From the NCBI GenBank assembly GCA_035310145.1, contig DATGEL010000129.1, positions 8,385 to 72,384 of the forward strand: 64,000 bases of DNA. Reading direction: 5' to 3'. Below are positions 46,700 through 59,406 of this stretch, piece after piece. Below the pieces are notes generated by a model that saw only the letters and a list, made by a program, of their open reading frames with translations, did no database searches and was not told the DNA's origin. This stretch comes from Dehalococcoidia bacterium. GTDB taxonomy: Bacteria; Chloroflexota; Dehalococcoidia; CAUJGQ01. Both the position numbers and the translations under genes were made by a program. Each line of letters starts with the position of its first letter. Position 1 is the first letter of the stretch.

Positions 46700-47476
46700 A
46701 TGGCGACACAACGAGAGCTTGAGGACCAGCGCGGCGATGGTGGTGGGCGAGAGCTCACCATCATGGAGCACCTCAACGAGCTGCGCGGGCGGCTGTTTCG
46801 CAGCGCTCTGGCCGTAGCCGCGGGCACGATTTTCGGTCTGATTATCGCCAACCGCACGCTGAAGTTCCTCGAACGCCCGGCGGAAGCGGCGCATCCCGGC
46901 TTCCGCTTGCAGTACCTGCAGCCACTCGAGTATGTCGGGGCCTACTTCAAAGTCGCCATCCTGATCGGCCTGATCATCGCCATGCCGGTATTGATGTACG
47001 AGGTGCTGGCGTTCATTGTGCCGGGTCTGACGAAAAAGGAACGCCGCTGGCTGTTTCCCATCCTGGCGGGCACGATCGGCCTGTTCTTGCTCGGAATCAC
47101 CTTCTCCTACTTCTTTGTGGTGCCGAAGGTGCTGGATTTCGTGCTCAACTTCGGCAATGGCATCGCCGATCCGCACATCACCGTCAACGAATATCTGAAC
47201 TTCATCACGCACCTCGTCTTCTGGACCGGCGTCTTCTTTGAAACGCCGATCGTGATGATGGCGCCGGCGAAGTTCGGCCTGATCAGCGCCAGGCGCTATC
47301 TCTCCTGGTGGCGGTATGCGATCGTGGCCGGCTTCGTCGCGGCGGCCGCGGTGATCCCCAACATCAATCCGTTGCAGCAGATCGTCGTGGCGGCGCCGAT
47401 TATCGGCCTGTATTTCATCGGCTGCGGCCTCGCCTGGCTGATGCAGCCGAAGCGGAAGCCGGCCGGCGGCGAATAG
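46700..47476 (+). CDS. tatC: Twin-arginine translocase subunit TatC
   Basis: The start MEHLNELRGRLF, six TM segments, and a typical TatC length. Confidence 0.9.
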   Translation: MATQRELEDQRGDGGGRELTIMEHLNELRGRLFRSALAVAAGTIFGLIIANRTLKFLERPAEAAHPGFRLQYLQPLEYVGAYFKVAILIGLIIAMPVLMYEVLAFIVPGLTKKERRWLFPILAGTIGLFLLGITFSYFFVVPKVLDFVLNFGNGIADPHITVNEYLNFITHLVFWTGVFFETPIVMMAPAKFGLISARRYLSWWRYAIVAGFVAAAAVIPNINPLQQIVVAAPIIGLYFIGCGLAWLMQPKRKPAGGE

Positions 47477-47547
47477 CACGCCGCGCCCGCACGCCGTTCG
47501 GCGGCTCCGGCGTTCGCGTTGCCCGCCCATAGGGCGCGTGCTAGCAT

Positions 47548-48177
47548 GTGGCCAAGATGGAGAAGTCGCTAGCGGAGCTTGCACAGCTCATTTGCCGCTG
47601 CCCCAACTGCGACCTGGCCCAAACCCGCACACAGGCCGTGCCCGGCGACGGGCCGGATTCAGCGCGCCTGATGTTCATCGGCGAAGGACCGGGCTATAAC
47701 GAGGACCGCAGCGGCCATCCCTTCGTGGGTCCGGCCGGCAAGTTTTTGGACGAGTTGCTGGCCACGGCGGGGCTGAAACGGGCCGATGTCTTCATCACCA
47801 ACGTCGTCAAGTGCCGGCCGCCGCAGAATCGCGACCCGCTCAAAGAAGAGATCGACGCCTGCGACGGCTGGCTCCAGCAGCAGATCGCGGTGATCGATCC
47901 ACCAGTGATCGTGACGCTCGGCCGTTACTCGATGGCAAAGTTCTTCGCGGGTGAATCGATCAGCCGCATCCATGGCCAGCCGCGCAAGGTCGGCAAGCGA
48001 ACGATCGTGCCGATGTTCCATCCGGCGGCGGCGCTCCACCAGGAGCGCTTCCGCTCGCTGATCGTGGACGACTTCCGTCGACTGCCCGAGATTCTGGCGG
48101 CGGTGGAACGCGATCAGGCAGACGCGACCGAGCCTGCCGCGCCTGCGAAGTCGCCCGAGCAGGGCCGGCTCTTTTAG
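47548..48177 (+). CDS. Uracil-DNA glycosylase, family 4
   Basis: Motifs CRCPNCDL (Fe-S Cys), FIGEGPGYNEDRSGHPFVGPAGKFLD and HPAAAL. Confidence 0.88.
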   Translation: MAKMEKSLAELAQLICRCPNCDLAQTRTQAVPGDGPDSARLMFIGEGPGYNEDRSGHPFVGPAGKFLDELLATAGLKRADVFITNVVKCRPPQNRDPLKEEIDACDGWLQQQIAVIDPPVIVTLGRYSMAKFFAGESISRIHGQPRKVGKRTIVPMFHPAAALHQERFRSLIVDDFRRLPEILAAVERDQADATEPAAPAKSPEQGRLF

Positions 48178-48221
48178 CACCTTTGAGCGCGCCCCGGCGC
48201 GCGTAACGAGAAGACAGACAG

Positions 48222-49877
48222 ATGGCCAGGCAGACACTCCGCGTCATTCCCCTCGGCGGGCTCGGCGAAATCGGCAAAAACATGATGGCGTTCGAACTGG
48301 CGGACGACATCGTAGTGATCGACTGCGGCCTGCAGTTTCCTGAACAGGAGATGCTCGGCGTCGATCTCGTGATTCCCGATATCAGCTACCTGCTCGAGCG
48401 CGCCGACAAGGTGCGGGCGATTCTGCTCACCCACGGCCACGAAGATCACATCGGCGCCCTGCCCTACGTGCTTCGCGACCTGAACGTGCCGGTCTACTGT
48501 ACGCGGCTCACCTTCGGCCTCGTCTCCGTGAAGCTCAAGGAGCACCGCCTGCTGCGCGAGAGCGATCTGCGCGTGATCGAGCCGGGCACGATGATCGAGC
48601 TGGGCGGCTTCACGGCCGAGTTCTTCCGCGTGGCGCACAGCATTCCCGACGCCTGCGGCATCGTGCTGCACACGCCCTTTGGCCGCGTCATTCACACCGG
48701 CGACTTTAAGCTGGACCACACGCCGGTCATGGGCCAGCACACGGACCTGCCCCGTCTCTCCGAGCTGGGCAGCGAGGGTGTGACCCTGCTCTGCGCCGAT
48801 TCGACCTACGCGGAGGTGCCGGGCTACACGCCCTCCGAGCAGGTGGTGGGCGAGGCGCTGGACAACATCATGAACCAGGCGGCGGGGCGGGTGATCGTGG
48901 CCACCTTCGCCAGCCTGATCTCGCGCATCCAGCAGGTAATCGACGCGGCGATCAAGCACAATCGCCGCGTCTTCATCGTCGGCCGCAGCATGGTCGACAA
49001 CGTCAACATGGCGCTGGAGCAGGGCTATCTCGAGGCGCCGAACGGCGTGCTGGGGCGGATCGAGGAGCTGGGCCGGCTGCCGGCCGAGCGTGTGGCGATC
49101 GTAACCACCGGCAGCCAGGGCGAGCCGACGTCGGCGCTGGCCCGCATGTCGCAGCAGGAGCACCGCTGGGTGGACATTATCCCCGGCGATACGGTCGTGC
49201 TCTCCGCCTCCCCGATTCCCGGCAACGAGCAGTACGTTTACCAGGTGGTCGACAACCTCTTCAAGCTCGGCGCTCACGTGCTCTACAACCGCGTGGACAA
49301 CATCCATGTGCGCGGCCACGCCGCGCAGGAGGAGTTGAAGCTGATCCTCAGCCTGGTGCGGCCGAAATACCTGCTGCCTGTCCACGGCGAGTATCGGCAC
49401 CTGACGCTGCATGCCCGCCTCGGCCAGGCGATGGGTATGCGGCCCGAAGAGACCTTTGTGCTGGAAGACGGCGACGTGCTGGAGATCGACATGGACGGGG
49501 CGCAGGTGGCCGGCCGTGTGCCCGCCACGGCCGTCTACGTGGATGGCCTCGGTGTTGGCGACGTGGACCACGTGGTGCTGCGTGACCGCCGGCACCTGGC
49601 CAACGACGGTATGGTCGTTGTCGTCATTGCCGTGGATAAGCAAAGCGGCAAGGTGATCGATCTGCCGGACGTGCTCTCACGTGGCTTCGTCGATGCGGAC
49701 GAAGCGGCCTGGCTGATGGACAAGGCGCGCGAGCTGGCGCGGCAGTCATTAGACGGCGCCGATCACCGCGCCGAATGGCCGGCGATCAACGCCCGCGTCA
49801 AAGACACGGTGGCCAAGTTCCTCTATGATGAAACGCGACGGCGGCCGATGGTGCTGCCGGTAGCGGTCGAGGTGTAG
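48222..49877 (+). CDS. rnj: Ribonuclease J
   Basis: LRVIPLGGLGEIGKNMM, the metallo-beta-lactamase motif THGHEDHIGALP, a beta-CASP domain and a C-terminal domain. Confidence 0.92.
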   Translation: MARQTLRVIPLGGLGEIGKNMMAFELADDIVVIDCGLQFPEQEMLGVDLVIPDISYLLERADKVRAILLTHGHEDHIGALPYVLRDLNVPVYCTRLTFGLVSVKLKEHRLLRESDLRVIEPGTMIELGGFTAEFFRVAHSIPDACGIVLHTPFGRVIHTGDFKLDHTPVMGQHTDLPRLSELGSEGVTLLCADSTYAEVPGYTPSEQVVGEALDNIMNQAAGRVIVATFASLISRIQQVIDAAIKHNRRVFIVGRSMVDNVNMALEQGYLEAPNGVLGRIEELGRLPAERVAIVTTGSQGEPTSALARMSQQEHRWVDIIPGDTVVLSASPIPGNEQYVYQVVDNLFKLGAHVLYNRVDNIHVRGHAAQEELKLILSLVRPKYLLPVHGEYRHLTLHARLGQAMGMRPEETFVLEDGDVLEIDMDGAQVAGRVPATAVYVDGLGVGDVDHVVLRDRRHLANDGMVVVVIAVDKQSGKVIDLPDVLSRGFVDADEAAWLMDKARELARQSLDGADHRAEWPAINARVKDTVAKFLYDETRRRPMVLPVAVEV

Positions 49878-49980
49878 GCAGGGCGGGCCTGCAATTTCGG
49901 CGGCGCACCCGGCGTAGAGCCGGGAAGTCTGACTCGCACGCGCGTCCGGCGCCCGCGACCGGACGACGGAAAGCAGCATC

Positions 49981-52392
49981 ATGGCGAAAGCGAAGGGCAC
50001 CGCCCGCCCTCGCGGCAACTCCGCACGCGCACCGCGACCACGAGGTAAGCCGCATCTGCTGAGCCGGGCCACCGAGGCGCTGACTCGGCCGCTGGCGCCC
50101 ATTGCCCGCTTCTTCCTCACACCCGGCGGCCTGATCGTCGCACTGGTGGTAATTCTTGCGGCGGCCCTGCCGTGGACCGGCGTTGTGGATGTCTTCGGCG
50201 CCTTCCGTCGCGCGGTGCTGCGGAGTACGGGCGCCGGCAGCTACCTGATTGCGCTGGATGCGCTCGCCTTCGCGGCCATGCTGGCGATCTGGCCGCAGCT
50301 CCATCGGTCCTGGCGCTTCTGGCGCGTCGCCCTGGGCTGCGAGGCGCTGGCCCTGTTCGGCTGGGGTGTGCTCGGCCTTGTGCATCCGGACGTCTCGCTC
50401 GCGGGCGTGAGTCTTGGCGAGGTTTCGGCGGGCGGTCGCGCCGGCGCCGGCTTTACGGCCGGTCCGCTGACGACATTGATTTGGCTGATCCTGCTCGGCG
50501 GCGGCTTCGCGCTGGTCTGGCCGGCCGGGGCGCTGGCACTAGCCCGAGCGATCGGTGCGGCCTTGCGATCACTGTGGTCGCTTGGACTGCCTCAACGGGC
50601 ATTGGGCCGCCGGCGCTCCGCGCAGGCGGGCGCACACGAACCGGCCGCGGCGGCCGCGGCGCTGGCCGCGATCGCGTCGGCGGCGCCGGCGTTCGAGGCG
50701 GAGCCGCCGCCCGAGACGATCGGCCAGGGCGCGGCCGACGCTTTCCGCCGGGCCGTACAGGCGGAGCGCGATCCGGCGGCGGCCCCCTCTGCGGCGTCGA
50801 GGGCGACCTCTACGACTTCCGAAGCCACGCCTGAACCACGGGCCGCGCCGGCATCGCCCGTCGGCTGGCAGCTCCCCGCCACCGCGCTGCTGAGCGCCGC
50901 CCCTGCGCCGCAGGGCGGGACGGTGGATAACGAGACGCGCTCGCGCATCATCGTGCAGACGCTGGCGAGCTTCGGCGTGGACGCCAGGGTCGTGCAGGTC
51001 AACCAGGGCCCCACGGTGACGCAGTTCGGCATCGAGCCCGGCTGGGATGTGAAGCTGCGCCACGAGGCCGAGCGCGATGCGGCCGGCAAGGTGATGTACG
51101 ACCGCGACGGCCGGCCGAAGCTGCGCAGCGCAGAGGTCTCGCGCACGCGGGTCAGCGTCAAGCAGATCATGCGACTGCAGAGCGACCTGGCGCTGGCGCT
51201 GGCCGCGCCCTCGATCCGCATGGAAGCGCCGGTGCCGGGCAAGTCCGTCGTGGGCATCGAAGTGCCGAACACCGCCGCGGAAATGGTGGCGCTGCGCGAC
51301 GTGATCGAGTCACCTCAGTTCGCGAAAGTCGGCGGCAAATCAAAGATCGCCATCGCGCTCGGCCTCGGCGTTTCCGGCGAGCCGATCGTCGCCGACCTGG
51401 CGCGCATGCCGCACCTGCTGATCGCCGGCTCGACGGGCAGCGGCAAGAGCGTCTGCATCAACGCGATTATCGCCTGCATTCTCATGCATGCGACGCCCGA
51501 AGAGGTGCGTTTCGTACTGATCGATCCGAAGCGCGTGGAGATGGTCGCATTCGAGATCATCCCGCATCTGGCTCTCTCCAAGATCATCACGGACATGGAA
51601 GACGTGCCCGGCACGCTGCAAGGCGTGATCAAGGAGATGGAGGACCGCTACCGCAAGTTCGAGGCGCTCAAAGTGCGCAACCTCGAAGCATACAACCGCC
51701 ATCCCAAGGTGGCCGGCAAGCTGCCGCAATGGGTGGTGATCATCGATGAGCTGGCCGACCTGATGATGGCGGTGCCGTACGAGGTCGAGCGGCAGATCTG
51801 CCGGCTGGCGCAGCTCGCCCGCGCCACGGGCATCCACCTGGTGGTGGCCACCCAGCGCCCCTCCGTGGACGTGATTACCGGCCTGATCAAGGCCAACTTC
51901 CCCACGCGCATCGCCTTCGCCGTGTCGTCTCAGGTGGATTCCCGCACGATCCTGGACGGCGTTGGCGCGGAGAAGCTGCTCGGCCGCGGCGACATGCTCT
52001 ACCTCGCGCCGGACGCGATGACCGCGAAACGGCTGCAGGGCGTCTACGTCTCCGACCAGGAGATCGAGCGGTTGGTCGACTTCTGGGGCGCCGAGCGCTG
52101 GGAGCACATCCGCCCACGGACCTTCGACCACCTCGTCGAAGAGGCGAAGGCCGAGCAGGTGGCCGCCGAGGCGCCCGAAGAGGACGAACTGCTGGAGAAG
52201 GCGCGAGCGCTGGCGGTGGAGCACACGCGTATCTCCACCTCGATGCTGCAGCGACGGCTGCGCATCGGCTACCCACGGGCAGCGCGGTTGATGGACGCGC
52301 TCGAGGACGAGGGCGTCGTCGGCGCGGCGGACGGCGGCGGCTCGCGCGACGTGATAGGATCGGATGAGGAGAGCATCTTCGGCGACCTCTGA
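49981..52392 (+). CDS. ftsK: DNA translocase FtsK/SpoIIIE
   Basis: N-terminal TM segments, a Pro/Ala linker, the motor domain with Walker A GSTGSGKSV, and a C-terminal gamma winged-helix (MLQRRLRIGYPRAARLMDALE). Confidence 0.9.
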   Translation: MAKAKGTARPRGNSARAPRPRGKPHLLSRATEALTRPLAPIARFFLTPGGLIVALVVILAAALPWTGVVDVFGAFRRAVLRSTGAGSYLIALDALAFAAMLAIWPQLHRSWRFWRVALGCEALALFGWGVLGLVHPDVSLAGVSLGEVSAGGRAGAGFTAGPLTTLIWLILLGGGFALVWPAGALALARAIGAALRSLWSLGLPQRALGRRRSAQAGAHEPAAAAAALAAIASAAPAFEAEPPPETIGQGAADAFRRAVQAERDPAAAPSAASRATSTTSEATPEPRAAPASPVGWQLPATALLSAAPAPQGGTVDNETRSRIIVQTLASFGVDARVVQVNQGPTVTQFGIEPGWDVKLRHEAERDAAGKVMYDRDGRPKLRSAEVSRTRVSVKQIMRLQSDLALALAAPSIRMEAPVPGKSVVGIEVPNTAAEMVALRDVIESPQFAKVGGKSKIAIALGLGVSGEPIVADLARMPHLLIAGSTGSGKSVCINAIIACILMHATPEEVRFVLIDPKRVEMVAFEIIPHLALSKIITDMEDVPGTLQGVIKEMEDRYRKFEALKVRNLEAYNRHPKVAGKLPQWVVIIDELADLMMAVPYEVERQICRLAQLARATGIHLVVATQRPSVDVITGLIKANFPTRIAFAVSSQVDSRTILDGVGAEKLLGRGDMLYLAPDAMTAKRLQGVYVSDQEIERLVDFWGAERWEHIRPRTFDHLVEEAKAEQVAAEAPEEDELLEKARALAVEHTRISTSMLQRRLRIGYPRAARLMDALEDEGVVGAADGGGSRDVIGSDEESIFGDL

Positions 52393-52450
52393 AATTGGTC
52401 GCACCGAAGCGGTAAGTGAACGTCATTCACAGCATCGGTGAACGAACGCG

Positions 52451-54277
52451 ATGAAGAACCTGGCCGAGTTTCTCGCCTCCCGCCGCCTGCAAGACACGGA
52501 ACGCGCCGAGCTGCCGGATTCGGGCGCCTGTATCAACTGCGGCGCCGATCTGGCCGACGCCCCGCTCTATCTTGAGATGCGGGTCTGTCCGTCCTGCCGC
52601 TTTCACTACAGCCTCGGCGCCCACCGGCGCATCGAGCTGCTGGCCGATCCGGGCAGCTTCCGCGAGTCCAACCGCTCGTTGATCTCTGTCGACCCGCTGA
52701 ACTTCCGCGCCCAGACACGCTACCGCCGCCGCGTGCAGGAAGAGCAGAATCGCACGGGCCTGGCCGACGCCGCGGTCACCGGCTCGTGTTCGATCGCTGG
52801 CCGCCGGATCGCCATCGCCGCCCTGGACTTCCGCTTTCTCGGCGGCAGCATCGGCTGCGCGGTAGGCGAAAAGCTGGCTCGCTGCTTCGAGCAGGCAGCC
52901 CGCGCCCGCACGCCGATGGTGACGATCGTGGCCAGCGGCGGCGTGCGCATGCAGGAGGGCGTTCTGGCGCTGATGCAGCTTGCCAAGCTGGTGGAAGCGG
53001 TGGGCCGGCTGGCGGCAGCCGCGGAGCCGCACATCGTGCTGCTGGCCAATCCATGTATGGGTGGCGCCTACGCGGTGCTTGGCAACGACGCCGACCTGGT
53101 GCTGGCCGAGCCAGGCGCGCTGATTGGCTACGCGACGACGCGTATGGTTGAGGCGGCGGCCGGACGGCAGACGCCCGAAGGCGCCCGCACGGCCGAACAC
53201 CTGCTGTCCAGCGGTATGATCGACCACGTCGTCGATCGCGAGCGCCTGCGCGACTTCCTCAGCTCGCTGCTGGAGCTGCTTGCGGCGCGGCCGAAAGCCG
53301 GCGCCGCCGATGGGCCGCCGGAGGCGCGCTTTTCTCCGGGCGAGCACAACGCCTGGACGACGATCCAGCTCGCGCGGCACAGCGAGCGCCCCACGGCCAC
53401 GGACTACATCGGCCACTTCAGCGACAGCTTCGTCGAGCTACGCGGCGATCGTGTCACGGGCGACGATCGAACCGTGGTCGCCGGCGTGGGCATGCTCGGC
53501 GCCGAGCCGGTCGTCTACATCGGCGGCGAACGCCGGCGTGCGGAGGCGGCTGAAACCAGCGTGCGGCCGGAGGGCTTTCGCAAGGCCCGGCGTGCGGTGG
53601 AACTGGCGGCCCGGCTGAGGTTGCCGGTAGTCTCGCTGATCGACGGCGTCGCCGCCTCGGCGGCGCTGAGCGCGGACGCTGCGGGGCTGGGCGCGGCGCT
53701 CGCCGGCTGCATGGCGGCCTTGGCCAGCGCGGCCACGCCGATCGTCGGCGCCGTGATCGGCGAGGCGCGCGGCGAGGCCGCGCTGGCGCTGGGCATGGCC
53801 GATCGCCTGCTGATGCTGGAGAACTCGGCGTTCGAAGTGGTCTCCCCGGAGGCCGCGGCCTCGATCCTGTACCGCGACACTGGTATGGCCGACAGCGTTG
53901 CGCCCGCGATGCGGCCAACAGCGCGAGATTGCTTGCGGCTGCGCATCGTGGACGCGGTGGTGCCGGAGCCGGCCGCGGGCGCCCACACCGACCACGACGC
54001 CGCCGCCCGACTGCTGAGCGCCGCACTCCTGCGTGCGATCGGCGAGTTGAAGGGCAGCGCGCCGCGCAAACTGGTGCGCGCCCGTTATGACCGCTACCGC
54101 CGCATGGGCCAGTACACGAACTTCATCCGCGAAACGGTGGGCCGAGACGTGGCGCAACTCGGTGGCGAGCTCGCCCGCCGGGCCGGCGGCGCCTTTTCGC
54201 GCATCACCCGTCGTGGCCGCGAGCCGCGTCCTGCGTCCGCGGGCAGTGACGACGGCGAGAGCTTGCTCGTACCGTAG
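52451..54277 (+). CDS. Acetyl-CoA carboxylase carboxyltransferase, fused beta (AccD) and alpha (AccA) subunits
   Basis: The N-terminal AccD zinc ribbon is CINCG...CPSCRFHY. It is followed by an AccD crotonase-fold domain and then an AccA-like half (ARHSERPTATDYI..., FEVVSPEAAASILYRD). Confidence 0.85.
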   Translation: MKNLAEFLASRRLQDTERAELPDSGACINCGADLADAPLYLEMRVCPSCRFHYSLGAHRRIELLADPGSFRESNRSLISVDPLNFRAQTRYRRRVQEEQNRTGLADAAVTGSCSIAGRRIAIAALDFRFLGGSIGCAVGEKLARCFEQAARARTPMVTIVASGGVRMQEGVLALMQLAKLVEAVGRLAAAAEPHIVLLANPCMGGAYAVLGNDADLVLAEPGALIGYATTRMVEAAAGRQTPEGARTAEHLLSSGMIDHVVDRERLRDFLSSLLELLAARPKAGAADGPPEARFSPGEHNAWTTIQLARHSERPTATDYIGHFSDSFVELRGDRVTGDDRTVVAGVGMLGAEPVVYIGGERRRAEAAETSVRPEGFRKARRAVELAARLRLPVVSLIDGVAASAALSADAAGLGAALAGCMAALASAATPIVGAVIGEARGEAALALGMADRLLMLENSAFEVVSPEAAASILYRDTGMADSVAPAMRPTARDCLRLRIVDAVVPEPAAGAHTDHDAAARLLSAALLRAIGELKGSAPRKLVRARYDRYRRMGQYTNFIRETVGRDVAQLGGELARRAGGAFSRITRRGREPRPASAGSDDGESLLVP

Positions 54278-54347
54278 CGACGGCATTCGAGATCGGCGGT
54301 TGTGACCCGAGTTTCGGCGGCAATATCGGGCGCCTCCGCCCGCAACG

Positions 54348-56498
<2,151 letters not shown>

Positions 56499-56572
56499 CC
56501 CACCCTCGCGCGGCAAACGGGCCGCCGCTAGAACACATGATCGATTATACCATATCGGCGCCTGCCCGCGGT

Positions 56573-57163
56573 TCAGCCGCGGCCGCCCTTCTGCAGGGCG
56601 AAGCGGATGCGCTCTTCCACGGGCATGGCGCCGGCGGCCGGCACGCTTGCCAGCGCGGCGGCGATCTCGGCGCTCGTCCAGCCCAGAGAAGCCAGCACGT
56701 CGGCGGCCTCGTCGCCGGCGAAGGCGCCGGCCGGCACGTAGCCGTCGACCGGCGTGGCGCTCAGCTTGCCCCGCAGCTCCAGCACCAGCCGCTCCGCGGT
56801 CTTGCGACCCACACCTTTCACCCGCGCCACGGCGGTTACGTCCTGGCGATCCACGGCGGCTGCCAGCTCGCCGGGCGAAAACTCGGTGAGAAAGGCGAGA
56901 GCGCCACGCGGTCCGATGCCGGTGACGCCAAGCAGCCGCTCGAACGTCTCCAGCTCCTCGGCGGTGAGAAAACCGAAAAGCTGGATCGTGTCCTCGCGCA
57001 CGTAGGTGAAGGTGCGCAGCGTCACCGCCTCACCGCCGGCGCCGAGACGGGCGAGCGTGCTGCCGGGCACGCTGACCTCGTAGCCGACACCGTTCACATC
57101 GACGACCACGCGGTCGCGGCCCTTCTCCTCGATCGTGCCGCGCAGCCGGGCGATGAAGGTCAT
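56573..57163 (-). CDS. ruvA: Holliday junction DNA helicase RuvA
   Basis: The start [15 protein letters not shown], HhH motifs ([24 protein letters not shown]) and domain III. Confidence 0.9.
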   Translation of the reverse strand: MTFIARLRGTIEEKGRDRVVVDVNGVGYEVSVPGSTLARLGAGGEAVTLRTFTYVREDTIQLFGFLTAEELETFERLLGVTGIGPRGALAFLTEFSPGELAAAVDRQDVTAVARVKGVGRKTAERLVLELRGKLSATPVDGYVPAGAFAGDEAADVLASLGWTSAEIAAALASVPAAGAMPVEERIRFALQKGGRG

Positions 57164-57184
57164 GATCGATTCCTCTGACGCGAG

Positions 57185-57736
57185 TTAGAGCCCCGTTTCG
57201 TCCTGCAGCAGCCGTGCCCGCCGGTGGGCGTAATGGCAGAGCGCGATCGCCAGGGCGTCCGCGGCGTCGGCCGGCGAGGGCACCTGCGCCAATCCAAGCT
57301 GCAGCCGCACGACCTCCGCGATCTGCCGCTTGTCGCCGCGGCCGTAGCCCGCCACGCTCTGCTTCACCTCCGCCGGCGTGTACTGGAAGACGCGGGCGCC
57401 CTCTTCGGCCGCCGCCAGCATCGCGGCCGCCCGCGCCTCGCCGATCGCGAAGGCGGACTTCACGTTCAGGGCGACGAAGGGCGACTCCAGCGCCAGCTCG
57501 CTCGCCTGCCAGCGCAAGAGCGTTTCGCGCAGGCCCCAGTGAATCGCGCGCAGCCGCGCCTCGATCGGCGCCCGCGCATCTGTCCTGATGTGGTTGTAGT
57601 CGAGCAGGCTGGTCTGCGCGGGTGAGCACCTCAGCACGCCGTAGCCGGTGACGCGCAGGCCGGGGTCGACCCCGAGCACGACGACTTCGGCGTCGGCGTC
57701 GGAATGCGATCGTGCTGCCGAGGGCGATGCAGACAC
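57185..57736 (-). CDS. ruvC: Crossover junction endodeoxyribonuclease RuvC
   Basis: VVLGVDPGLRVTGYGVL and the C-terminal DAADALAIALCH. Confidence 0.9.
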   Translation of the reverse strand: MSASPSAARSHSDADAEVVVLGVDPGLRVTGYGVLRCSPAQTSLLDYNHIRTDARAPIEARLRAIHWGLRETLLRWQASELALESPFVALNVKSAFAIGEARAAAMLAAAEEGARVFQYTPAEVKQSVAGYGRGDKRQIAEVVRLQLGLAQVPSPADAADALAIALCHYAHRRARLLQDETGL

Positions 57737-57747
57737 CGTGCCGCCGC

Positions 57748-58494
57748 TCAGGCGTTAAACGCGGCCATCGCCGCTACCGCAAACTCCGCGTTGGTGTAGA
57801 CCTTCTGCACGTCGTCGTCGTTCTCGAGCTTGTCCAGCAGCTTGAGCGCCGTGGCGCTGCGCGCCTCGTCCAGGTCGACCGTGAGATCGGGCACCATCGA
57901 CAGCTCGGCCGAGGCGATCTCGAAGCCGGCCTCGCTCAGGGCGCGGCGCACCGCTTCCAGCTCTTCGCGCTCGGTGTAGATCTGCACCTCGCCATCGTCG
58001 GACTGCACGTCGATCGCCCCGGCGTCGATCGCCGCCAGCTCGACCTCTTCTTCCTTGCCCGGCGCCGAGATGCTGATCACGCCGCGCGACTTGAACTGCC
58101 AGGCGACCGAGCCGGATTCGCCAAGGTTTCCGCCGCCGCGGTCAAAGATCGAGCGGATGCTGGCGGCCGTGCGGTTGCGGTTGTCGGTCATCGCCTCGAC
58201 GAGGATGGCGATGCCGCCGGGGCCGTAGCCTTCATACATGACCTCCGCCAGGCTCTCGGCCTCACCCCCACCCACCGCACGTTTAATTGCACGGTCGATC
58301 GTGTCGGCGGGCATATTGGCGTCGCGGGCGCGCTGCACGGCCAGGCGCAGGCGGAAGTTGGCTGCCGGGTCGCCGCCGCCCTGCCGCGCCGCCACCGCGA
58401 TTTCGCGGCCGAGCTTGGTGAAGACGGCGCCGCGCCTGGCGTCGGCCGCGCCCTTCGACCGCTTGATCTGCGACCACTTGGAGTGCCCGGACAT
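57748..58494 (-). CDS. yebC: YebC/PmpR family DNA-binding transcriptional regulator
   Basis: MSGHSKWSQIKRSKGAADARRGAVFTKLGREI. I chose ATG 58494. Confidence 0.9.
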   Translation of the reverse strand: MSGHSKWSQIKRSKGAADARRGAVFTKLGREIAVAARQGGGDPAANFRLRLAVQRARDANMPADTIDRAIKRAVGGGEAESLAEVMYEGYGPGGIAILVEAMTDNRNRTAASIRSIFDRGGGNLGESGSVAWQFKSRGVISISAPGKEEEVELAAIDAGAIDVQSDDGEVQIYTEREELEAVRRALSEAGFEIASAELSMVPDLTVDLDEARSATALKLLDKLENDDDVQKVYTNAEFAVAAMAAFNA

Positions 58495-58572
58495 ACCCCG
58501 CCCCTGCTGCACTGGCGTTGACTTGAGCGATCTTAGCATCGGCCGCAAAAGGGGGTCAAAGCGCCCGGAGGA

Positions 58573-59406
58573 CTACCCCAACTCGATGTTGTCGATCAGC
58601 CGCGTCTTGCCCACACGCACGGCCAGGCTGAGCAGCGCGCCCGGCTGTGCCAGCTCCAGTTCCTCGAGCGTCTCGCCGTCCGCCAGGCTGACGTATTCGA
58701 CCCGGGCCAGCGGCTCGGCGTTGATTATGTCAAGCACGACCTGCCGGATGGCCGTCGCATCGCGTTTGCCCGCGTGCCAGTGCTCCGCGGCGGCGCGCAG
58801 GCCGCGCGAGAGCACGAGTGCGGCCTCGCGCTCGCGCGGCGAGAGGTAGCTGTTGCGGCTGCTCATCGCCAGGCCGTCCGGCTCGCGCACGATCGGCATG
58901 GGCGCGATCTCGACCGGCAGGTTCAAGTCCGTCACCATGCGCTGAATCACGCGCAGTTGCTGCGCGTCCTTGCGGCCGAAGTAAGCACGCTGCGGCTGCA
59001 CGATCGTGAACAGTTTCAGCACCACGGTGCAGACGCCGCGGAAGTGCCCCGGCCGCGCCGCGCCCTCGAGCCGCGTGGCGATCGCACCCGGCTCGACCCA
59101 GGTGTCGAAGCCGGGCGGATAGATCGTGGCCGCTTCGGGCGTGAAGACCAGGTCCACGCCCGCGTCGCGCAACAGGCTGAGGTCGCGCTCCACGTCACGC
59201 GGATAGGTCGAGAGATCCTCGCGCGGCCCGAACTGCGCCGGGTTGACGAAGATGCTGACGGCTACCAGCCCATTTTCCGCGCGGGCACGGGCGACCAGGC
59301 TCAAGTGCCCGGCGTGCAGAAAGCCCATCGTCGGCACCAGGCCGACCGCGCCGCCGCACTCTTGCCGCCAGCGCCGCACACCCTCGATCGATGGCTCGAC
59401 GATCAC
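58573..59406 (-). CDS. panC: Pantoate--beta-alanine ligase
   Basis: Motifs VPTMGFLHAGHLSL, FVNPAQFGP and FGRKDAQQL. Confidence 0.9.
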   Translation of the reverse strand: MIVEPSIEGVRRWRQECGGAVGLVPTMGFLHAGHLSLVARARAENGLVAVSIFVNPAQFGPREDLSTYPRDVERDLSLLRDAGVDLVFTPEAATIYPPGFDTWVEPGAIATRLEGAARPGHFRGVCTVVLKLFTIVQPQRAYFGRKDAQQLRVIQRMVTDLNLPVEIAPMPIVREPDGLAMSSRNSYLSPREREAALVLSRGLRAAAEHWHAGKRDATAIRQVVLDIINAEPLARVEYVSLADGETLEELELAQPGALLSLAVRVGKTRLIDNIELG

